From the NCBI GenBank assembly GCA_037146715.1, contig JBAWWO010000003.1, forward strand, positions 65,939-129,938: a DNA stretch of 64,000 nucleotides. The letters are read 5' to 3'. Within the stretch, counting starts at the first letter, position 1. The number at the start of each line of letters is the position of its first letter. Source of the DNA: Alphaproteobacteria bacterium. GTDB lineage: Bacteria; Pseudomonadota; Alphaproteobacteria; UBA7879; UBA5542. The position numbers were made by a program, and so were the translations under genes. The notes under the pieces are model-generated. The model searched no databases, was not told the origin of the DNA, and worked only from the letters and a program-made list of their open reading frames with translations. Positions 59,829-64,000 of this stretch are shown piece by piece.

Positions 59829-60046
59829 TATTTTTGACGGAAAATGATGCGTCCTTTTGTTAGGTCATAGGGGGTCATTTCAACCATAACCTTATCCCCC
59901 ACCAAAACGCGGATACGATTCTTGCGCATGCGACCAGAGGAATGGGCAATAATTTCGTGACCATTTTCCAACTTCACGCGAAAATTTGCATTGGGGAGAA
60001 GTTCTATGACTTCCCCGGCGAATTCAATTAGATCTTCTTTAGCCAT
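59828..60046 (-). CDS. infA: translation initiation factor IF-1
   Basis: About 72 aa from the ATG at 60046 ([15 protein letters not shown]…) with the S1-like OB fold. Confidence 0.9.
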   Translation of the reverse strand: MAKEDLIEFAGEVIELLPNANFRVKLENGHEIIAHSSGRMRKNRIRVLVGDKVMVEMTPYDLTKGRIIFRQK

Positions 60047-60104
60047 ACTCATGATGTACATTTTACCAGAAAAAATGGCAAGCCTTTTTTATGATCTTTC
60101 CCAC

Positions 60105-60205
60105 AAATGAACGATTGCTTCGCGAAACTGCGAGGGAAAAACAAAAAATAAGCTGGATTGCTTCATCGAGCTGCGCCCATCCTTGCAAGGGCAGTTTTAT
60201 GGTTA
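60105..60205. repeat. family B repeat, tandem partial plus full unit (CGATTGCTTCGCGAAACTGCGAGGG … GCTGGATTGCTTCATCGAGCTGCGCCCATCCTTGCAAGGGCAG)
   Basis: It shares the GGATTGCTTCRTC core with the 42190 and 57538 copies and lies between infA and acpP. Confidence 0.6.
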
Positions 60206-60333
60206 ATATCATCCTCCTCAATTTTTATGCTGGCAAAAAAAAGTCTTTTATGATACCAAGACTTAAGAGTGAGCGCCCGGACCTGTTGGAAAGGGCTTAG
60301 GATTATTTGATTTAATTAACAAAGGAAAAGCAA

Positions 60334-60576
60334 ATGACGAATGCAACTGTTGCAGACAAAGTAAAAAAAGTTGTTATGGACAAGTTTAAAATTGATGAAT
60401 CTAAAGTAACTGAAAACGCCAGCTTCACAGACGATATTGGCGCAGATAGTTTGGATCAAGCCGAACTTATCATGTTGTTTGAAGAAGAATTCGGATGCGA
60501 AATTCCTCAACAGGATGCGGAAAAAATTAAAACTGTAAAAGATGCCGTTGATTATTTGGGAAAAAAATCCCACTAA
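60334..60576 (+). CDS. acpP: acyl carrier protein
   Basis: 80 aa with the DSL phosphopantetheine-attachment motif ([11 protein letters not shown]). Confidence 0.95.
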   Translation: MTNATVADKVKKVVMDKFKIDESKVTENASFTDDIGADSLDQAELIMLFEEEFGCEIPQQDAEKIKTVKDAVDYLGKKSH

Positions 60577-60595
60577 CAAATTAGGAATCTAGAAT

Positions 60596-61876
60596 ATGCG
60601 TCGTGTTGTTGTAACTGGTATGGGCGTTGTAACGCCCCTAGGTAAGAATGTTCCAGAAACATGGAATAATCTGATTAAGGGGCAATCTGGTCTAGCACCT
60701 GTTCAACAATGTGATGTGTCTGACCTGGCTTGCAAAATAGCCGGGGAAGTAAAAACAGTTCAGTTTCCTGATCACAAGCCATACAGCTCAGCACTTAATT
60801 TTGATGATTTTATTGAACCTCGGGACCAAAGCAAAATTGGCCGTTATGGTCTTTTAGGTATGTCTGCGGCGGATGAAGCTTTAAGAGACGCGGGTTGGCT
60901 GCCCACATCAGATCATGATCGGGAACGCACTGGCGTTTTGGTCGGTAGTGGTATTGGTGGGCTTGAGGGTATTTACCAAACATCTTTAATTCTTGCTGAA
61001 AAAGGCCCCCGTCGGGTAAGCCCTTTTTTCATTCCCTCTTGCCTGGTTAATCTGACCTCAGGAAATATTTCTATTAAGTACGGCCTAAAAGGGCCCAACC
61101 ATGCGGTGGTGACAGCTTGTTCTACAGGGGCGCATGCTCTTGGAGATGCCATGCGCATTATCCAGTATGGGGATGCGGATGTGATGCTTGCGGGCGGCAC
61201 AGAGGCAACGGTTTGTCGTATTGGAATTGCGGGGTTCGCAGCTGCTAGAGCCCTGTCAACTAAGTATAATGATACCCCCCGTGAGGGCTCTAGGCCTTGG
61301 GACCAAGGGCGCGATGGATTCGTAATGGGCGAAGGCGCAGGCCTTGTGGTTCTGGAAGCTTTAGAACATGCGCAAAAGCGGGGCGCTAAAATTTATGGCG
61401 AAATTGTTGGTTATGGAATGTCAGGAGATGCCTATCACATGACGGCCCCTTCAGAAGATGGGGATGGGGCATACCGGTCTATGAAAATGGCACTAGCCCG
61501 GGCGCAAATTAATCCGGAAGATGTTGGGTATATCAATGCCCACGGCACATCAACCCCCTTAGGGGATTTAGTTGAATTAAAGGCGGTCAAAAGATTGTTT
61601 GGAAACGCGGCGCATACAGTGTCTATGTCTTCTACAAAGTCATCTATTGGCCATTTACTGGGAGCTGCGGGGGGCGTTGAGGCAATTTTTTCAATTCTGG
61701 CAATGAGAGATGGTATTTTACCACCAACTCTGAATTTGCACTCTCCAGATCCTGAATGTGCGGGAATGGATCTTGTTCCTTTGAAAGCAAAGGAAAAAAA
61801 GATCGACTACGCGCTATCTAACTCATTTGGATTTGGGGGAACAAATGCATCACTGGTCTTTAAAAGATTTACATAA
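60596..61876 (+). CDS. fabF: beta-ketoacyl-ACP synthase II
   Basis: 426 aa with the Cys-His-His catalytic triad context (…VTACSTGAHA…, …AHGTSTPLGD…, …IGHLLGAAG…). Confidence 0.95.
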   Translation: MRRVVVTGMGVVTPLGKNVPETWNNLIKGQSGLAPVQQCDVSDLACKIAGEVKTVQFPDHKPYSSALNFDDFIEPRDQSKIGRYGLLGMSAADEALRDAGWLPTSDHDRERTGVLVGSGIGGLEGIYQTSLILAEKGPRRVSPFFIPSCLVNLTSGNISIKYGLKGPNHAVVTACSTGAHALGDAMRIIQYGDADVMLAGGTEATVCRIGIAGFAAARALSTKYNDTPREGSRPWDQGRDGFVMGEGAGLVVLEALEHAQKRGAKIYGEIVGYGMSGDAYHMTAPSEDGDGAYRSMKMALARAQINPEDVGYINAHGTSTPLGDLVELKAVKRLFGNAAHTVSMSSTKSSIGHLLGAAGGVEAIFSILAMRDGILPPTLNLHSPDPECAGMDLVPLKAKEKKIDYALSNSFGFGGTNASLVFKRFT

Positions 61877-62843
61877 TATCTATACGTTTTCTATTCGGTT
61901 TTTTTTCTTAAGTTTTCTAGTTATTGGGTATTTCGGTTTGGGTTTGTACCATGTGCTGAATACGCCCACCCCCTTACAAGAAGAGCTTGTTTTTAAGATT
62001 AGACGAGGCCAAAATCTTTCAAATGTGATTGAACGTTTAAAAGAAAACGGCATCATTGATTCAGATTTTTGGATCAAGATTTATCTTTATTTAAAGCGGG
62101 CAGACAAATCCATTAAAACAGGGGATTATCTGCTGACGCCCCACATGACGCCCCGCAAGATTTTCAAAGTTATTCTAAAGGGAGAAGGGCTTAGCTATAA
62201 AATAATGATCCCTGAGGGGCTTACAAATCTGCAGATTGTTGAGTTTTTAGAAAATTTCCCCTTCCTGGAAGAAGATCAAGTAGATTTGCCCTCAGAAGGA
62301 CTTTTGTTGCCAGAAACCTACACGGTTCGAGGGGGAACAACCTATTCCACCGTTATTAATTTCATGCATGCGAAAATGATGGCAACCCTTATGAATGTTT
62401 GGGCGCACCGGGACAAAGACTTGCACTTAAAAACACCTGAAGAATTGCTGATTCTGGCCTCAGTTGTTGAAAAAGAAACAAACTTACGAGAAGAATTGCC
62501 AAGGGTTGCAGGGGTATTCATGAATCGCTTGCGCAAAAACATGAAACTACAGTCAGATCCCACAACTATTTATGGGCTGACGAATGGAGAAGGTAAATTA
62601 GATCGACCTCTGCGAGGCATCGATACCCGGCACGTAAGTGATTATAATACCTATTATATTAAGGGGTTGCCACCAACCCCCATCTGTAACCCAGGCCGTC
62701 GCACCCTTGAAGCAGTTGCCCACCCCGAACGACATAACTATCTGTATTTCGTGATTAATGGGATGGGTGGTCACAATTTTTCCGTGGATTATGGAAGCCA
62801 TAAGAAGCATATTGGGAAGCTGAAGAAATCTAAAAAGAAATAA
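61845..62843 (+). CDS. mltG: endolytic murein transglycosylase MltG (YceG-like)
   Basis: About 332 aa from the ATG at 61845. An N-terminal TM helix is followed by the YceG domain (…GLPPTPICNPG…). It overlaps the fabF stop by 32 nt; the ORF is open from a TTG at 61827. Confidence 0.8.
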   Translation: MHHWSLKDLHNIYTFSIRFFFLSFLVIGYFGLGLYHVLNTPTPLQEELVFKIRRGQNLSNVIERLKENGIIDSDFWIKIYLYLKRADKSIKTGDYLLTPHMTPRKIFKVILKGEGLSYKIMIPEGLTNLQIVEFLENFPFLEEDQVDLPSEGLLLPETYTVRGGTTYSTVINFMHAKMMATLMNVWAHRDKDLHLKTPEELLILASVVEKETNLREELPRVAGVFMNRLRKNMKLQSDPTTIYGLTNGEGKLDRPLRGIDTRHVSDYNTYYIKGLPPTPICNPGRRTLEAVAHPERHNYLYFVINGMGGHNFSVDYGSHKKHIGKLKKSKKK

Positions 62844-62879
62844 AACGCCCTTGCAAGGAAGTCGTAGTCCGACGTCATG

Positions 62880-63000
62880 ATCCAGCTATTTCAGGGTGCA
62901 GCCCTGATGGGGTGCGGGGAGGTAAGGCGTGGGTCCTCGGGTCAAGCCCGAGGAAAGCAAAAAGAGAGTTGAGGAAAGCAATAGAGGGTGAGATTAACTC
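62880..63000. repeat. family A palindromic repeat (hairpin CAGGGTGCAGCCCTG plus canonical core GGTAAGGCGTGGGTCCTCGGGTCAAGCCCGAGGAA at 62921-62955 plus GAGGAAAGCAATAGAGGG tail)
   Basis: The core is identical to the 57667-57700 copy. It lies between mltG and tsaE. Confidence 0.75.
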
Positions 63001-63003
63001 TAA

Positions 63004-63438
63004 TTACCCAACAAGATTCACTCCAGAAACGTGAACCCACCGCTGGTCATTTTTTTCCTCAAAGCGCAGGATGATGGGGTTTTTGGGCATATAGGGCCCC
63101 AGACGTTCGGGCCATTCGATCAGGGTCACGCCTGAGGCAAAGGCTTCGTCCAGGCCAAGCTCGCTGATTTCCATGGGGTCTTTAATGCGATAGAGGTCAA
63201 AATGAGAAATAAAAAATTTTTCAGCCTCATAGGTTTGTAAAAGGGTGAAAGTTGGGCTGGGCACTTCTGTGGCCTCACCCATCAAGGATTGAATGAAATA
63301 GCGTGCAAAGGTGCTTTTGCCGGCCCCCAGATTTCCTTCCAACAAAATAATGTGTCCTTTTGATACAAATTCGGCTAGTGTTATTGCTAACTTTTTAGTA
63401 TCTTTCTCAAAGGAGAGTAGGTAGGTTTTTGTGCTCAT
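63004..63438 (-). CDS. tsaE: tRNA threonylcarbamoyladenosine biosynthesis protein TsaE
   Basis: 144 aa with Walker [10 protein letters not shown] and the YjeE/TsaE family length. Confidence 0.85.
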   Translation of the reverse strand: MSTKTYLLSFEKDTKKLAITLAEFVSKGHIILLEGNLGAGKSTFARYFIQSLMGEATEVPSPTFTLLQTYEAEKFFISHFDLYRIKDPMEISELGLDEAFASGVTLIEWPERLGPYMPKNPIILRFEEKNDQRWVHVSGVNLVG

Positions 63439-63483
63439 ATTGAAAAAACCATATCAGTTTTTTATGTGGTATTAAAGGAAATC

Positions 63484-64000
63484 ATGATTCATACAACAGA
63501 TGTTACGATAATAGGGGCGGGGCCCGTTGGCCTGTTCGCCATCTTTGAATGCGGCATGATGAAATTGAAAACTCATGTGATTGATGCCTTGCCAGAAGTG
63601 GGGGGCCAATGCGTTGCCCTGTACCCTGAAAAGCCTATTTATGATATTCCAGCGCACCCCAAAATTTTGGCGGGAGAACTGATCGATAATCTTAAGGCCC
63701 AGGCGGCGCCTTTTAGCCCTGTTTATCATTTAAACCAACAAGTGGTTAGCTTGCAGCCCGTAGAAAACCAGTGGGAGATTACGACGTCAACGGGGAAAAT
63801 AGTACGATCGAAAATTGTTATTATTGCGGCGGGCGTTGGGGCTTTTGGACCTAATCGTCCCCCCTTGGAAAACATAGAGTCTTTCGAAAACAAAAGTGTG
63901 TTTTATCATGTGCGCAATATGGAAAACTTTCGGGGTAAAAAAGTGGTCATTGCGGGGGGAGGGGACTCTGCTATCGATTGGGCCCTGAATCTTGCACCTA
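63484..64000 (+). CDS. fpr: ferredoxin--NADP(+) reductase, thioredoxin-reductase-like (3' end lies outside the window)
   Basis: The ORF is open to the window edge from the ATG at 63484. The FAD-binding motif [11 protein letters not shown] and a second dinucleotide motif [14 protein letters not shown] are typical of TrxR-type FNR. It is not in the ORF track because no stop is reached. Confidence 0.75.
   Translation, partial: MIHTTDVTIIGAGPVGLFAIFECGMMKLKTHVIDALPEVGGQCVALYPEKPIYDIPAHPKILAGELIDNLKAQAAPFSPVYHLNQQVVSLQPVENQWEITTSTGKIVRSKIVIIAAGVGAFGPNRPPLENIESFENKSVFYHVRNMENFRGKKVVIAGGGDSAIDWALNLAP

Noticed and set aside
63472-63729. 85-aa minus-strand ORF from the track
   Set aside because: It is overlapped by the much better-supported plus-strand FNR gene with canonical FAD/NAD motifs.

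Overview
This is a gene-dense chromosomal window of about 40% GC, almost entirely core housekeeping genes. Gene content and order (class II NrdJ, an NDUFA12-like protein, an ELM1-family protein, DUF2628, the leuS-lptE-holA and infA-maf-yacG arrangements) point to an alphaproteobacterium, probably a reduced-genome intracellular or symbiont-like lineage. Main content:
- Central metabolism: pyk, class I fba, tkt, gap, accD, acpP-fabF.
- Translation: alaS, leuS, efp, infA, rpsU, rpsO, rbfA, truB, pnp, smpB, tsaE.
- Envelope and division: murJ, slt, mltG, lptE, mlaD, ftsK, a RodZ-like protein, hldD.
- Transport: an RND efflux pair, a CPA2 K+/H+ antiporter, an OPT transporter, a family-5 solute-binding protein.
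- DNA metabolism: holA, xth, class II B12-dependent ribonucleotide reductase nrdJ.

No rRNA, tRNA or CRISPR was recognised. Features not explained by the housekeeping set:
1. At least two mosaic families of short hairpin-forming intergenic repeats (REP/RPE-like), clustered most densely between nrdJ and xth around a well-initiated 64-codon ORF.
2. One apparently intact 720-bp IS1595-family insertion sequence with perfect 18-bp terminal inverted repeats and a candidate 8-bp target-site duplication.
3. An unlisted 55-codon yacG gene between maf and erpA.
4. A solitary HigA-type antitoxin-like gene overlapping the 3' end of the RND permease.
5. A 466-aa protein with alkaline-phosphatase-superfamily-like signatures whose catalytic positions appear substituted, next to a remnant of a DUF4143 ATPase gene.
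6. A MazG-like pyrophosphohydrolase fold carrying an apparent signal peptide.

I found no canonical defence system. Every call is from reading the translated sequence and motifs by eye; no database search was possible.
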